DNA from: Balanoglossus misakiensis | Taxonomy: Eukaryota; Animalia; Hemichordata | Reading direction: 5' to 3' | Assembly: GCA_040954595.2 (NCBI GenBank) | Contig: CM082584.2 | Location: forward strand, 4,964,110 to 5,028,109 | Length of the DNA: 64,000 nt | Shown here: piece by piece, positions 36,601-50,855 of the stretch | Layout of the letters: each line of letters begins with the position of its first letter | How positions within the stretch are numbered: position 1 is the stretch's first letter | Made by a program: the position numbers and the translations under genes | Notes under the pieces: generated by a model | What the model saw: the letters and a program-made list of their open reading frames with translations, nothing else | Databases searched by the model: none | Told to the model about the DNA's origin: nothing

Positions 36601-38304
36601 TCCCGTTATTGCAATAAATATTCAGACCTACTTTTGTCGGAATCCACTCCTAAAATACAACATGGCGCGAAATTCCCGAAACTTGTTAAGAGCAAACTCT
36701 GTTAAAACACATTATTTGATTCAGCGGGATAATGTGATTGGACACTAATCCATCTTAGTTATAGGACTGACATACTTGCGCTCAATCAATATCACCTGAT
36801 ATGAGAAAAACCTGGCGCAACATCGATCCAGTTCGCGTTTTCCATTTAATTAAGAGTGAACACTATGTACACTGACTATAGCTTTCCACGGACACACCTG
36901 AATCAAAATTAAACAAATCATCAGGCGTGAATTTATATCGTGAAATGCTTTTGACGGCGCGGCGGTAGCCATGCTGTGATAACTGTTCTCGCCATACGTG
37001 TTGTATTGAAAAGGAGAAATGACATTTTATAACAAGGTGTCGTCTTTTGGAGCGCTAATGTGCCGGGCGCTTTTCTTATGAAAACATAATTTAACAAGCC
37101 GGCTTGTGAAAATGTCGAATAAAAATACGTGATGCTTTTGTTCATGTATTCACGTTGAAAAAATAGCTCACTGATCACTCTTTAGCTTTCAGCCTACCCG
37201 TGGTGATGGGGAGATGTGCGATCATCACGGCTCTCAATATATTGGAGGCCTACTTAGTATGTTCCAATCACAATCTTACCGTGTCGACAGTGATTGTAAT
37301 ATTAGTGAAGTGTGTTATCGACATTGAAATCTCGCGTCCCAGAGTGCTTATAAATCGCCCACTTGGTGCAAAATAATCTGAATTTATTCATATTAAAGTA
37401 AATTGACGCGTCCATATTTACACAGGCGATTTTAAATGGCTAAGCATAGATGCCACTTTGTAGGAGTAAATATGTCGCACGGGCTTTGTTTCAATTTTAC
37501 GGTGAGTGAATTTCTGCATTCTCCTACAGGCTCACAGGTATGGCAGATAATTTATTGCATAATGAGCGCGCTCACTAACCGGAAGTGCAATTTATAGATG
37601 GGCATAAATGACATCAGAGGGCGATTGCTTTGAATCAAACAAGAGGGAGAAAGGTCATATTTCACTTAACTCAACGGTTTACGTACACAAATGAAAGTAG
37701 CCTTAAGGTGAAAACTTCACATTATTTACATGTATTTTACAACGGGATTTGCTCTGTGTTTCATAGTCTCCGGGCATGACTGCCAGACTGTAATTTAAAT
37801 TGATGGTTTTTGCATAATCTGGCTGCGAATGACTTTATTTTTCCAGGGGGTAAATTAAATTTGAACTACATGTAATGTCATATTCTACTGTGGTAATCTT
37901 TTCGTGGGTATTTGCCATGCAAATGCTCTCCAGCGCCTGATAAGATTCCCTCGGTTGAATTTTCGCCACTTCTGGCAAATCCCTCTGCAAATTCCCGACC
38001 AACCTGCTTGTGACAGCAACCAATGAATATGATGAATGTGCGTAGCATCGATTCAGAAAATAACCGCTGTAAATCGAAGCGCGCCATTTTGTGATGTTTA
38101 AGAAGATCTTCGGGAAATTTTAATTGAAATGACAAGACGTATTTACAGGACTGAGTGCAGTGGAAAATATCCCCGAGGATGCCGATTAATTCAATGTTAT
38201 ATATGGCCGAACTGCCCTCATCAATTAAATAAAGTGGATCTCGAGAATGTCTGTCGGTATAATTCCTAAGAGAAGAGCATCAAGATAGATGTCGGTTGCC
38301 TTAC

Positions 38305-38706
38305 CTTATTAGAAAATGCAAAGGATCGGCTGCCTATGCCAATAATTGGCAAGCCTAAAATATCACCGGCCATGGACAGGGTAAACAGCGATGTCTCCGA
38401 AGCCACCGCTATGATAGCAGAGACATTTCTGACGACCAACTGATTGCAGACTTGGGACAGAATATCAGCCGGGTTGGAGGAAGCCGCCAAAACGATCGGC
38501 TGTTCGAGTCGCACACTGCTGTTGGAATTATTGATGTCTTGAACAGCTCTGTGCAACACTTCGGCGTAGCCATCCACGTAGTCTTCCTCGAAAAGGGCTC
38601 CGATTCTGACGACGTGTGGAGAAGACGCCACTGTTGCTGCGATGGCACTACTATCACAAAGCAGGAAGAATCCACCGAGCAGAACGGACGAAGTAGCCAA
38701 CATCAT
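38305..38706 (-). CDS. GRIN3: GluN3-like exon 1 (signal peptide and start of ATD)
   Basis: ATG at 38706 gives the hydrophobic MMLATSSVLLGGFFLLCDSSAIA, then VRIGALF...ILSQVCNQLV..VSAII...LGLPIIG; AAG|gtaag donor, phase 0, joins exon 2 (FSNK|DVHPMYLRL). Confidence 0.88.
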
Positions 38707-39506
38707 AGTATCAGTTTTCACATTCGCTTTTTTATGTCTTGATGGAAAACGGCGCGGTAAATCCTCTCGGTTCAGCCCTGCTGCTTAGATCCAGAACGGC
38801 GACGACAAAACAGCCTATGTTCATTCCTTCCATGATTGAATATAGAGCTGTATAAGCAGTCTGCAGCGGTCACATCCCCTGGTTTGCTCTTATAGATATA
38901 TATATGTATGTATATATATACACACATATATATACACACACAAACACAAGCTAGTCTCATCTCTTTTTGCCGGCCACCATATTTGCCCCCTGCCTAGCCA
39001 TCTCTTAGGTTATAAGACGAACAGCATACAATTCGATCGCTGCCACAAATTATGTTAATAAAATTGAAATGCTTTTACATGCCAAATGAGCATAGAGTGC
39101 TGCTTCAAATGTTGACAACTCGACTTCGTACTCGCATGTTATCACCGCTCGCCGTACACAAATGATTAGCAGAATGACGTCGCCCGCTAAGCCCGCCCTA
39201 ACTACCATATTAGGCACAAATACGTTTTTGTGAACAAAGTCGCGGAGAAGAAGAGTTTGAATTTCTAATAAAGATGTGTGCATTCCATTCCATTTCAGTC
39301 ACCTGTCAATGCAACCTCAACACACACACAGATATATATGTATATACAAAACAATTCTATCGCCTTCGTTGCTCGATGCACTCTTCATTAACTATACATG
39401 TACATACACGAAGGACAGCGTACCTGAAACATACATTGGCCTCAAGAGTGTAATAATATATGATGTACGTATGTGTGACTACACTATAGGATGGTGTCAT
39501 ATAATC

Positions 39507-39679
39507 TGTTATTTTAAGATGAAATGTTGCGAATATAATCAATGCTTTCATCATTGGGGTAGCTTCATTTACTGAATATGTATACGTACGATGGTGTCGA
39601 AAATATGTTATCTTAAGATGAAATGTTGCAAATATAATCAGTTGCTTTCGTCATTAGGCTAGCTTCATTTACTCAATAT
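39507..39679. repeat. Local tandem duplication, ~99-bp period
   Basis: ttaagatgaaatgttgc.aatataatca...tagcttcatttact occurs twice. Confidence 0.75.
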
Positions 39680-42575
39680 CAGTTCAAATTTTTCACTCAA
39701 GGGACAACCATTGTGAATGCAGTACTAACAGAGCATAGTGTAGACGGCCATTCGTCATCTAATACACAAGGTTGAAAGATGTATACTGGCAGGGTTCATG
39801 GAAATCATTTTGGTGGTCATCAATCAGGCAGAATAAATTTCTTTTGAAATTTCTGCAAATAGAACAGAACCCCGCTGATGAAATTTGATTACAATTGGGC
39901 CATTGGTGTCGAGTTGAAATTGTGGCATAGTTGATATAATTGATTGGGAAGTCGCCACGCTGTTCATCATTCTGCAGAGGAGAGAGGATTTATTTTTGTT
40001 GGAAATGAAGCAATAACTGGACAGGTCGTTCTTTCAGGGTTTATAAACCATATAATGAGCAAACTGTACCGAGTTAAAACCTAGCAGAATGAGGGTCAGA
40101 AGGTCACAGTTTGACACTGCTCTGCATGGCTGCGTACAGCATTGCCTGTACTTTCTCTGCGCTATATTTCAAATCGTGGTAAGATTATCGTTCGGCATCG
40201 GCAAGATAACATTTCCCGGTCAACCTGTCCTTCACACAATATGGTTGTGGGGAATTTGATAATTTTATGAATTTATTGCTTTAAGTTGCCGATACTGTCC
40301 ATGTGGTAGTGGATATTTTCAATGTAGTGTTGCGAACACAATATACGAGATTTTAACATTATATCTAAACGCAATATGAAGGAAATTTAGTTGATATAAG
40401 TAAAGGTATACAGGCTAAATTAGACATGAGATAAACTTGCAAACGATTGGCGCTGTAATGATCCCAAAGACTTAAAACGAGCAGAAGCAGGACTCGTGGA
40501 GAATGAAACAACTGACGAAACACGCAATTTACAATTCTGTGGCACGACTGAAACACATCCCAACGTCGTGACTACACGCATCAGTTGGCATAGCAACAGC
40601 AGCGCGTTAATACATTATATGAGATATGGAATTATCTGCTTCAGTGACTGCCTTGTCCTCGGTTGCAGTCACGAGCGATCGAGTGCATAATGGCCTGGGT
40701 GTTTCCTAGAAAACACACATGTTATCTTCACGGAGTTAATATGAACATTGCCTGATACATTAAATGGCTAAGTGCTGCGTCTAACATGGCAAATACACTG
40801 TCAAAACAATTAGAATAAGTGAAATGTTTAAGTCATGTTTGGCTCGGCAATTCAGGCGAGCTGTGCTGAAAACTAAACTGCATGTAGACTGCCCTCTTGA
40901 CACTGTGAGACGTACAGAAATTTGGCTTGCAGATCATTGCACCATCTACGTTTCCAATTCTCATATAAACAGCAGAAATCAAGATAATTTATTCTCTTTA
41001 ATAAATAATTATCGAAATGTTCTTTTATCGGTCGTATGTAATCACAGCATGTCCTTGATGAGGCAAGGGTTGGGTTTCAGTGCTGAAGTGGCGTTTCCAA
41101 TCAGACTTGATAAATCATTCATTCTCATTTTGTATGCATTAAAACAGCAAGTGAATATAAAGCTATCCTGCACTCATTGTCAGTAATGTTACGCTGCTTA
41201 AAGCTACGAGGGAAATGGATCTGTGCAGTGAGTGATACGCGGGTTTTAATGGATATACGGCACCATCTCCGAAGCAGATCAGCCGAAATCGCCTCCAATA
41301 GTTGTGACACTTAACCTCTGACTCTTTCCCTCTTTGAACGGCAATAACATTTCAATAAAGGATGTATTATCAATAACGAAACCTTGTAATTTCCAATTAT
41401 TTATTTGGTCGAATTGAATGAGAAGATATATTTTTAATTTCCTGCGATATTACACTTAATAATAATATCGCAGGAAATGGATTATATTACAGACTGTGTA
41501 CTGTATATGATCCGACATGCTACTGTAAGGCTAATTTTCTGTAAGGCTAATATCAAATTTCGACGGAGAAGGTAAAGCAGCCTTCAACGCGTAATTTAAG
41601 TAAAACGCTCCTTTGGCAAAATACTTGATCTGTTTATATTCTTATGTTTATCCGTCTAGAGAAGCTAGCTTTAAAACAAATCAGAAACATGTTTAACCGA
41701 TGCTTCGTGGGATTTTGCTATCTATATCTGTCAGATCCCCGCCATTAGCATTATAGACGTCTATGTGATCACTGAAAACTGATAATGCCCAAACGGTATG
41801 AGATTGCCTACACCAAAAGCAGGGGTTCTAACAACTGAGTGTGTGGCTTTCCGTGAATTTTTCATGAATCTTACTTGTGCCTCTAATAGTTTATTATATA
41901 ATATATATATAAAACAATTATATATAATTTTCAAACACAGTTGGAACACGTGACTAGTTTAATCGATGGGTTGACGTATCTTGGTGTAGAATAAATAGTC
42001 TAAACAATTAAGAAATATGCAAAATGAACTGGTCTTTCGTTCGAAATATCCCTCGTTTTAAAGTGTATATAATTTGTATATCTAACCACGCAAATTCTTC
42101 TTATAAAACCCGTAGACGAAATATCTGCGTTCATTATTAATCCGTTTGGGTAACATTTCACGATACAAATTGTCAAAATATTGTATATGATAATTGGATA
42201 AAAGGTCGCTGCATCCTGCTAACGGTTGTTAAGAAGAAAAGTTTTCATCGGTGGTTGAACGAATATCACAACATTACAATATGGCGACAACGGTGATTGA
42301 AGTGAATAGGGATTACGAGTGCCTTTACCGGCAAAACATAGAAACATTATCCGAACTGCCAAGAAATGGAAGAATTCCGACGGTTTGTTCTCTGCAGTCA
42401 TGTTGCATCGCACATTCGGTCGTTTAACCTTGTTGTACTCGAGGGAATTCAGCCACGTCCGAAAGCTGAGAGTAAATCTCCACCGAACATTTTCACAGAT
42501 GCGCCCGATAGATCGTAAAACTTCCATAGACAGAGACTTACAACTGGTTTTCCGAATAACAAAAAGTTACACTGT

Positions 42576-42762
42576 GTATGTATGTATGTATGTATGTATG
42601 TATGTATGTATGTATGTATGTATGTATGTATGTATGTATGTATGTATGTATGTATGTATGTATGTATGTATGTATGTATGTATGTATGTATGTATGTATG
42701 TATGTATGTATGTATGTATGTATGTATGTATGTATGTATGTATGTATGTATGTATGTATGTA
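42576..42762. repeat. (TATG)n microsatellite
   Basis: Direct observation. Confidence 0.98.
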
Positions 42763-45700
42763 TTAGTATGTATGCTTGTATGATAATAGGTATTAATACT
42801 GTGAACTTTTTCCAGTTTGGGACAAAGAAAAGCCATCACAGTGAAACTTCACTTTTAAGGAAATCTGTCTAAACGACATTTGCGGTCAAAAATCTCAGTA
42901 GCAGATACATTTTGTCACTGGGGAAAAACATGAATTCCCCATGGACACAATGTCAACACTAATTTCTAGATACAGATAGTTCATATACCCCATTCTCTCT
43001 TTACCAGTATCTTTTTGAGCTTTCATCCCACGGACTAAAAGGGTAATTAACTAGATGGATTGTTGGATGGATGGATTGATTGACGGACAGAACGATAGAC
43101 AGTTCTGAAGCAAAAAGAAACTGAGAGACACAAAGCGTGGCAGATAGGCAAGGTGATAGCAAATGCCCGGCACTGCAGTATGTTTAACGGCCACTCTGTA
43201 AGATATTCTGGTGATCGCGTGGAAAGCCCATTACAAAAGCGTGACTCACACTTAGAACAGTGATCACCCTTGATTATAATGTACGTTCCTTCAAGTGTAA
43301 AATTTTATCTGCCGATAAAAGCAATAGGCAAAGGAAACTCGTCCACTGAATTTAAACGTCAACTCAAAACCTGTAACTTTTTTGTGTGCAAATAAATCAA
43401 TCGATTGCAGATACTGTTACAGGTCAAATGTCACTTAGAAATACAGTAAAAACCTTATTCAGGACTGTGCACAGCTTGATAATGTGATCTGAATGCAGAA
43501 CTGAGAAGAAAACTTAAAACACGTTGTGATTATATTCATTACAGGTGTGTATACTCCTGCCTGTAAGCATTCATGTTGGATTCAAGTGTGTTGTTGTCGT
43601 TGTTGTTCTTGTTGGTGTAAAAAAAATTTTAAATCGCATCACTGCACCATTTGTGCAACTTGAAGACGGATAAGATGAGAATCGAACTTATGTTTTGGGG
43701 AAGGGCAAAACATCATTTGTAATAATTTTGGGATGTTTTTTTTTAATTCGGGTTACACGAGATGTAATCGGAAGTGAGTTGATAGTCGTTCCTGTGAACG
43801 TTGTTAAACCCGTGCAATGTTGCAAAAACCTGCGACAACCAGTGAGACACAAATGTTTGTGGTGACATTTTTCAACAACATGTTTTGGATGATATATTTG
43901 GAAATTATACTCCATCTATACAGTATACATTTACAACAGCTTCACTTACTGAGTTTTTGTTCAAGTTTCACCCGATAGATGCTTACTGACGGATATACGA
44001 TGATGTAAGGCCAAATCGGGGTAATAAAAATGGCTTAGTTTCATAAAATTTGACAATAGAACCTAAGGTCTAAATCACGATTCCTGACACAAACGAACTC
44101 AAGCGGAAACTACCTTTTGTGTTCGCCTGGAGAGATAGGTTGAGTCGTGAAAATTATTTGTCAATCGCCCGTTTTGTGTTACAAGATTCAGACTAGGAAA
44201 ATGGCCAAATCTGCTAACTTTGTGGACAGTTCCAGGTTCAGAAATCATGTTCCTGTAATTCTTTTACGTTTGTTAAATGCATATTGATGCGAGAATGTGT
44301 TAAGAGTCAATTTCAATGCGTTCTAAGCAGGATTTTGCGCAATCACGAATTCTGAGCTCATACTGCTCTAATGGACTCGAGTAATTGTACCGTAACTTCA
44401 TCAAATCACGGTTTTGCTACGTTTGATTAGATATCAGCAGTAAACTGGATCGCAGGGTTATATCAGTACAAAATTTGTACTGATATGTATTTCAAAAGTG
44501 GCCAGTCTCAGTCTGTAGTCAGAATTTGCAAGTGGCATGGTCTGACAGCACAAACGCATTATTGTTCACTGACCATAGGCGGCACAGAAATATGATATGG
44601 GTCTATTGTTGTTTCCATTAAACCTTGATGCAGTTATAAGTATACATGTAACTATGAAAATGCAGGATTTGTGTTGGGGTTGGGCATTGAAGGCCTGTCT
44701 TTACCTCTAATACTAATAGTATGGAAGTCCAAGGCACACATCACCCTATTCGCAAGCAATCAAAAAATCTCACCCCTGAAACCAGCATAGCATATTTTAA
44801 AGCGATTGGACCAGGAGTTTTGGAATAGATGGTGACAAACAAAGATGACAATCAGCCTATCTGATATTAAAGGTCCATGTTACTGACAGTGGCAATGCAA
44901 CAGATGATTGACTACAGATTTTGCATTGATTTTGAAAATTATTTCGTTTGGATAATATAAATGACTACAATTAAATACCATTACCTGCAATTCTGGCTGC
45001 CTTAAATAGGTTTTCACTAGCGCTAGGGGGTCAAATCACATTGAATTCTGGGCGAAAAGTCGACAACCCACTGTAGTAGAAGATAGAAGAAATGATATGT
45101 TTACTGTATTTCATGACTTTCTTTGGTCAAACATGTCTGTCTTTGTAGTTACCATATTAAACTCATTAAACATTTTTCACATTTTGTTATTTTTTGAATT
45201 TTTCTGCTAAAAAGTTTCAGAATGACCCATCATCACTTATTAGCTTATGAACTCCTATTTCTGAAACATGGCAAAATCGGCCATCTTGAAATTGTGTCTA
45301 CCATATGAGATTTTCATCACTCACTTAGGTAGCTTAAAACCTATTTAAGGTAGGGAGAATTACTGTGTGGTAGTATTGAGTATCACTACCATGTGTAGTT
45401 TGATAACACTGATTTCAAAAGCCTTAAATTTGTTTGTGGTTTAATTAGTAAATATTTTCTTTTCAAGAGGAACATTTGCACCGAAAGACAACATAGCTTC
45501 CAAAACATAACAATGCTCTTTTAATTATGCTTCGATTCCACCATAGACTACAGGAGAACATTGTAGAAAATTTTAACTCAAAATTCAATGTAGTAATTGG
45601 TCAAATGGTTTCAGAGAGAAAAACAATTAACATTAAGAAAATACTGAATTTTTTCTACAGAATTTTCTCATATCATAATGATGACACCACAATGACCCTG

Positions 45701-46296
45701 AATTCAAGAAATGTTTTTTGGTCAAAAATGGAAAAATTCCCCCGAATACAATATTCAGGTATTTTCATGATTTGAAAAACAAGTTTAAAGTGTGCATCCC
45801 TGCAAACCCGTACCTCTAATTTAATAGAACTGAGCAAGCAGGTTTAGATCAAAAATTAAGAAAAAACTAAGAAATATTTATTAAGAATAGAAAATAACAT
45901 GAGCACAGAAATAATTTATTTCTGGTCTACCTGAGGTACCAGGTATATGCAAAAATTAATTTGAATCATTCTCACCAATAGTTCTTGAATTTTTTTAAGT
46001 TTTGAGCATTTTCATAATTAGTAGAACATTTGCATATAATTTGAAGTTTTATTTTATCAAAATCACATCTACCATCTACCGTCGAAACACACAAACACAA
46101 ACACACACATGCACACACACACACATACATACACACACACACACCCATCTTGACAGTGGATGCCAACCAATCCCATGCTCCAAGTGGGATATGTAATGGG
46201 AGTTAATATATACAGGAACACTAATGAAAACTGCAACTGAAAGCTTTCATTACTTATAAACTCACATGTGGCAGTGTTTTATCAACTCTTGATAAA

Positions 46297-46492
46297 CTGT
46301 AAAACGGGTTATTTTCACGACAGGAAATTTTCGCGATATCAAAAGAGGCAACTGTTACACGAGGATTAATTTTCGCGTTCTCGTATTTCACTAACTGCAA
46401 TGTTATCTCCGTAAACCATTTTACACCACATTTTTTGGCTCTCGCCTATTTCGCAGAAATTTATTGATCGCGAAAAATAACCCATTTTACAG
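46297..46492. mobile_element. CTGTAAAA...TTTTACAG MITE copy, ~95 bp downstream of the MSH2 stop
   Basis: TIRs ctgtaaaacgggttattttc / aaaaataacccattttacag; interior homologous to 1083-1291. Confidence 0.7.
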
Positions 46493-46587
46493 TACTCATC
46501 ACCTTGGAAACGGTGAAAAACAGCCAGTAATCAAAGATCTTAAGTGTCTCTTTTTACCCAGGCATATACTGTCTCTTGCATAGAGTT

Positions 46588-46749
46588 TTAATATTCACTT
46601 GCTAGTATATCTGCAACATATGGGTTATTCTTTGCCTTGACACTTGCTTTCAGTTTCTCTATTTCTTCCACAGCCTCTTCGGTTGTCATGGTGACCAATG
46701 GTAATTCCTTTACTTTGGAAATGAAATCTTTGATAATTTCTTCACCTTC
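46588..46749 (-). CDS. MSH2: MSH2 last exon
   Basis: ttgcag|GAA; EGEEIIKDFISKVKELP...KAKNNPYVADIL resembles human QGEKIIQEFLSKVKQMP...IAKNNSFVNEII. Confidence 0.92.
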   Translation of the reverse strand, partial: EGEEIIKDFISKVKELPLVTMTTEEAVEEIEKLKASVKAKNNPYVADILASEY

Positions 46750-46979
46750 CTGCAAGTGAGAAATGAAGTTTAAACTAGAAATAATTTCTCTCATACCGGA
46801 ACAATAACCTTCATGTAAAAAAAATCTAATTTATTTTTACTCTGCAGACTCCTCAATCGATCCCTGACCGATCAAATAAAATACTGCTACACATACCAAA
46901 TGGAAGCTCCGTAGTATTTTAGGCAATCACCCAATGTTGAGACAAAACAATCATTCGAACTTCAGTGTGATTTATTTAC

Positions 46980-47161
46980 CTCTCTTGCAAGTTTTCTCTT
47001 CTTAACATCTGGTTCATCACCTCCTTCTAGACTGGCCTGTGACAATGATATACTCTGATAATCCTCTAATTCCGTAGCCTTCCGTTTTGCAAATTCTATC
47101 ACCTTCTGTGGAAAATGAGCCAGCTCAGCTACATGGATACCAAAGCTCTGGTCACAGACGC
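46980..47161 (-). CDS. MSH2: MSH2 exon
   Basis: [33 protein letters not shown]; canonical AG/GT. Confidence 0.95.
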
Positions 47162-48120
47162 CTGTAAACATTCAAATAACAACATTTTGGGGTTATTACA
47201 TGAAGTTTGATTGATATCGCATTATATTCAAGTGATGTGCCATATTTTGACGAGTTGTAAATCAACAAGTCAAAATATAGTCACATAACGAGAATGCAAT
47301 GCGATATCGGTCAAACTTCATGTAATAACCCCTTTATCATACATGCATACTTAAAAAACAACAATTTGCACAAATGCACCAAGAAAAACAATTTAGCAAC
47401 TAAAAATTTGAGCCAAACACCAAGAGATTGTCGCAATATAGCCCAAAGCTGTAGTATCATTCTAAGGGGATACCAGCTTTCATATTGACGGGCATATCCA
47501 CATGCTAAATAAAAATTTCACATTTTCTTTCAAAATATCCTATTTACAATTTTTTCACATTGAGAAATCTGGCTAAGTAAAAATGATACATTCAAAATGA
47601 CAAACTGCAAGGTATGTAAACTGTTATTACAAATTCTACCAAATATTACAACACCCCTCTCCACTAGAGTCCTACATGTACATGTATGCCCCATGTGCAG
47701 CTAGCCGACCAAACTGTCATTCACGCCTCCTTCACATCACTGCATTCAGTAATTATTTGTGCTCCCCCCCCCCCCATATAGAACTTCTCTTTTATCACAT
47801 CGCTTGCCACTGCTTGTCACTGCACTGATCAAACTTCGGCTTACAGTTTTCGTATACCTTCCCACAGGCTACAGCGGACAGACACAAGCAACTGTAACAG
47901 TTCCCAGACGGTCAAGCAGACAACAGACTAAGTTCACATGGACACGACACCGATCGTCTGTGTAGCTGGTATTGAACCAGTCAACGAGTGGTCAACCATC
48001 TGCATTCTATGTAATGTTTGTGCTCTGATTGGTCCGTTGTGAAACATTGACACCTGGCTGAATAAATTATTAGTACACATGGAAGTTCTCCGTTTCATTT
48101 GAGTCAAGCCCTCGTAGAGG

Positions 48121-48508
48121 ATGGACATGTTGGACATCTCTGACATTTCAGAAGGCGAATATGATAGCGACGTTGAGCGGTACGTTTCCCATTTTGACCT
48201 TTTCAAGTTTGATACTGTCTCCAATGAACAAAACTTGCAAAAGCACAAGTCACATTTTGCCAAACCTGTGGGTGCAGAGGAATTATTTGAAATACAACAT
48301 TCACGTATAACAAGAAATAGTCTACTTATTGGGGTGTCACCATATGAGATTCCTGATAACAAATTCAGGAGTGAAAAGTAGTGAAATAGATACACTCGTG
48401 CCTGCTCTTACCGCAAATATTGAGGCAAGTAAGTTATGTTTTTGGTTGTGCCGATTTGTTGTTGAAGCTCGCCGAGAATGCGGCTGACAATATCCTTCAC
48501 AATGCCTA
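48121..48508 (+). mobile_element. Decayed Crypton (DUF3504-type tyrosine recombinase) N-terminal fragment
   Basis: HFAKPVGAEELFEIQHSRITRNS, then in another frame KLCFWLCRFVVEARRECG*QYP, matching the Crypton/ZMYM-type pattern L..WL.RFV.EAR..DG..YP. Confidence 0.55.
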
Positions 48509-49300
48509 AGGGTGTTTTGCTGTACAACAGTATTTACTACATCCTGTACTACAAATTAAAAGCCAGAAATTCCAGCCTTGTTCAAGTGCATTTTGTTGCA
48601 CATCGATTAAATCTGCTGCTTCACAAGCAGGCAGATCTATTGAATATTGCAAGGAGTACCATAACATGATACATTCTCTGTATAAATACTTCAATGATTC
48701 GTCTGTTAGATATGACAAACTTCGAGAGATGCAAGGAGTACCATAACATGATACATTCTCTGTATAAATACTTTAATAATTCGTCTGTTAGATATGACAA
48801 ACTTCGAGAGATACAAACACTTTTGAATGGGAAAGCAAAACAAATAACAGAACCTACATCTGTTCGCTGGTTGTCAGTGGAATCTGCTGTCAAGATGATT
48901 TTCATCAGTTTTGAGTCAATTGCCTTGGCAGTTATGAGTGACAAAAAAGGGGGAAAGGCCGATGGGCTGTTGAAATTTATCTCCAACTCATTATTTCTTC
49001 TTTTCACTGCATTGTTGATTGATATCCTTACCGTCATTGGAATTTTGAGACTTACATTTCAGAAAGATTCAGTCAATCATCTCATATTAGAAAGAGTGTT
49101 CAGTGTACAAGGGACACACTGAATACAATGACGGATGATTCACACACTGTCAGGGAAGTCTTTAATGATTTCGCTGATGTTCCTAGCAATGGTCAGAAAA
49201 ACACATACAAAACCATTGAAATCACTGACAACCAACCAACTACTCAGACAGAGGTTCTCTACAATAAGAGAAAATTATACCAACAGTTAAATCAATTTGA
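48508..49300 (+). mobile_element. Decayed hAT transposase fragment (ZNF862-like)
   Basis: LVQVHFVAHRLNL, LYKYFNNSSVR, ITEPTSVRWLS and LLIDIL...LTFQKD; frameshifts and an internal 82-bp duplication. Confidence 0.75.
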
Positions 49301-49517
49301 ACCCTCATGAACCCTCCAATTTTTTAACAGCAGAGTCCCAGGGAATCTCAGAAGTAAAATTGACGTAAAACCCTTCAAGACTGTCACATTCTCCGAGTGT
49401 CTTATCACCGAGAAACATCTGAGTCCTTTTCCGTATACCATTAGTCTAATACCAATAACCATCGCATTTTTCAGCATCATTCTGAAAGAGAACCGACCAC
49501 GCAGTCAACATCACGGC

Positions 49518-50855
49518 ATGGCATAGGATACTGCATTCAAGCTGAAAGTTGTTGCAAAGGCAATCGAGCTTGGCAATAACCTGAAGAAGGCCGACTACTT
49601 CGGGCTAAACGAGACCCAAGTCCGATACTGGTTAAAGAAGAAAGACCAGCTGTCCGTAGCATCCAAGTCTACCAAGCGTCTCCAGGGTGCTGGTAGACCG
49701 GTCAAAGACACAACGATGGACAACACGCTCATCAACTGGGTCAACACTCAGCGTAAAAACGGCATTGCTGTTACGGGCAGGCAACTACAGTGCCAGGCAT
49801 TACGTTTGAGTAATAGGTCATCATCAAACTTCAAGGCATCTGACGGGTGGTTGCGAGATTTCAAGCGTCCGCATGGCCAAAGCACCCGCAAGAAGACATC
49901 GATTGGCCAGAAACTGCCCCCAGACTTCGAAGAGAAGATCACATCATTTCACCGTTTCGTCATCCAACTTCGAGAAAGACACCATCAGTACCAGCTCTCC
50001 GACATATACAACATGGACGAGATGCCACTTCGCTTCGCCATACCCGGTGAACGCACTCTCGACCGATCTGGTGCCAAGTCTGTGCGCATAAAGACTACCG
50101 GCTCCGAGAAGAAGGGTTTTACGGCCGTCCTGACAGTATCAGATCGTGTTCGAGATGAAGTCGCGACTCTGATCAGAGAAGGTGGCCAGTCATCCAGCAT
50201 CTCTGACGTCGACCTAAACCTGTACATCGGTTTTGATGACGGTATGCCCACCGAAGAGACCTTCACCAGTGATTGGGAACGCAAGCTTGTGGACGACTTC
50301 ATCGCTGACGAGTCGCTGATATACGAAGACAACTTATCGTACGCTGATGTTATCGAAGCTGCATAACTTTGCTACAAACAGAGATTGCAGTATTCTGAAC
50401 CAGATACAGGAAGCGAAGAGCGTCGTAGAAGCTGAAGTTGTCAGACAACGTAGTACAGCAAAGCAGTCAACACTAGATTCGTGGTTGAAGTGAACAGTTT
50501 TCAGGATCAAGGAAAATGACTGAACTGATTTCATTTGTATTTATTTTTTCGGGATTTTATTAGTAAGGGACACTTTTCCGGATTTACTGAGTCATTTTTT
50601 TTTAGTTTCATATTCAGTCATATTTTTATGTATACATTTACTGATGTTTTATTTCATTAAAGTATCAAAAATGTAATGACATGTGTTGTTGTGTGTGCAG
50701 ATCGTACGTGCGTGTATATATTCTAAGGTCGATTCGTGAAACACAGGCGGATCAGATCACTTTTGACCATGCCCACTCCCTCCAAACCGGACCACTGTAA
50801 AAACCGGACAGATTTCTCAGTCCCTCCAGAGTTCGGTTTTGACAGGTTTTACTAT
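49518..50855 (+). mobile_element. Internally deleted pogo/Tigger element (BrkDBD-like HTH, CENP-B HTH and start of DDE)
   Basis: MA*DTAFKLKVV...QVRYWLK...GAGRP...FKASDGWLRDFKR...IYNMDEMPLRF...KTTGSEKKGFTAVL; TIR-like right end ggttttgacaggttttacta at ~50836-50855. Confidence 0.8.

Noticed and set aside
38770-41095. RE1/NRSE-like half sites upstream of GRIN3 (ttcagccc at 38771, ggacagcg at 39413, gtgctgaa near 41080)
   Set aside because: No complete bipartite RE1 consensus
9326-48812. Tandem repeats as possible CRISPR-like arrays
   Set aside because: Eukaryotic context, no repeat-spacer structure and no cas genes; these are microsatellites and two-copy duplications
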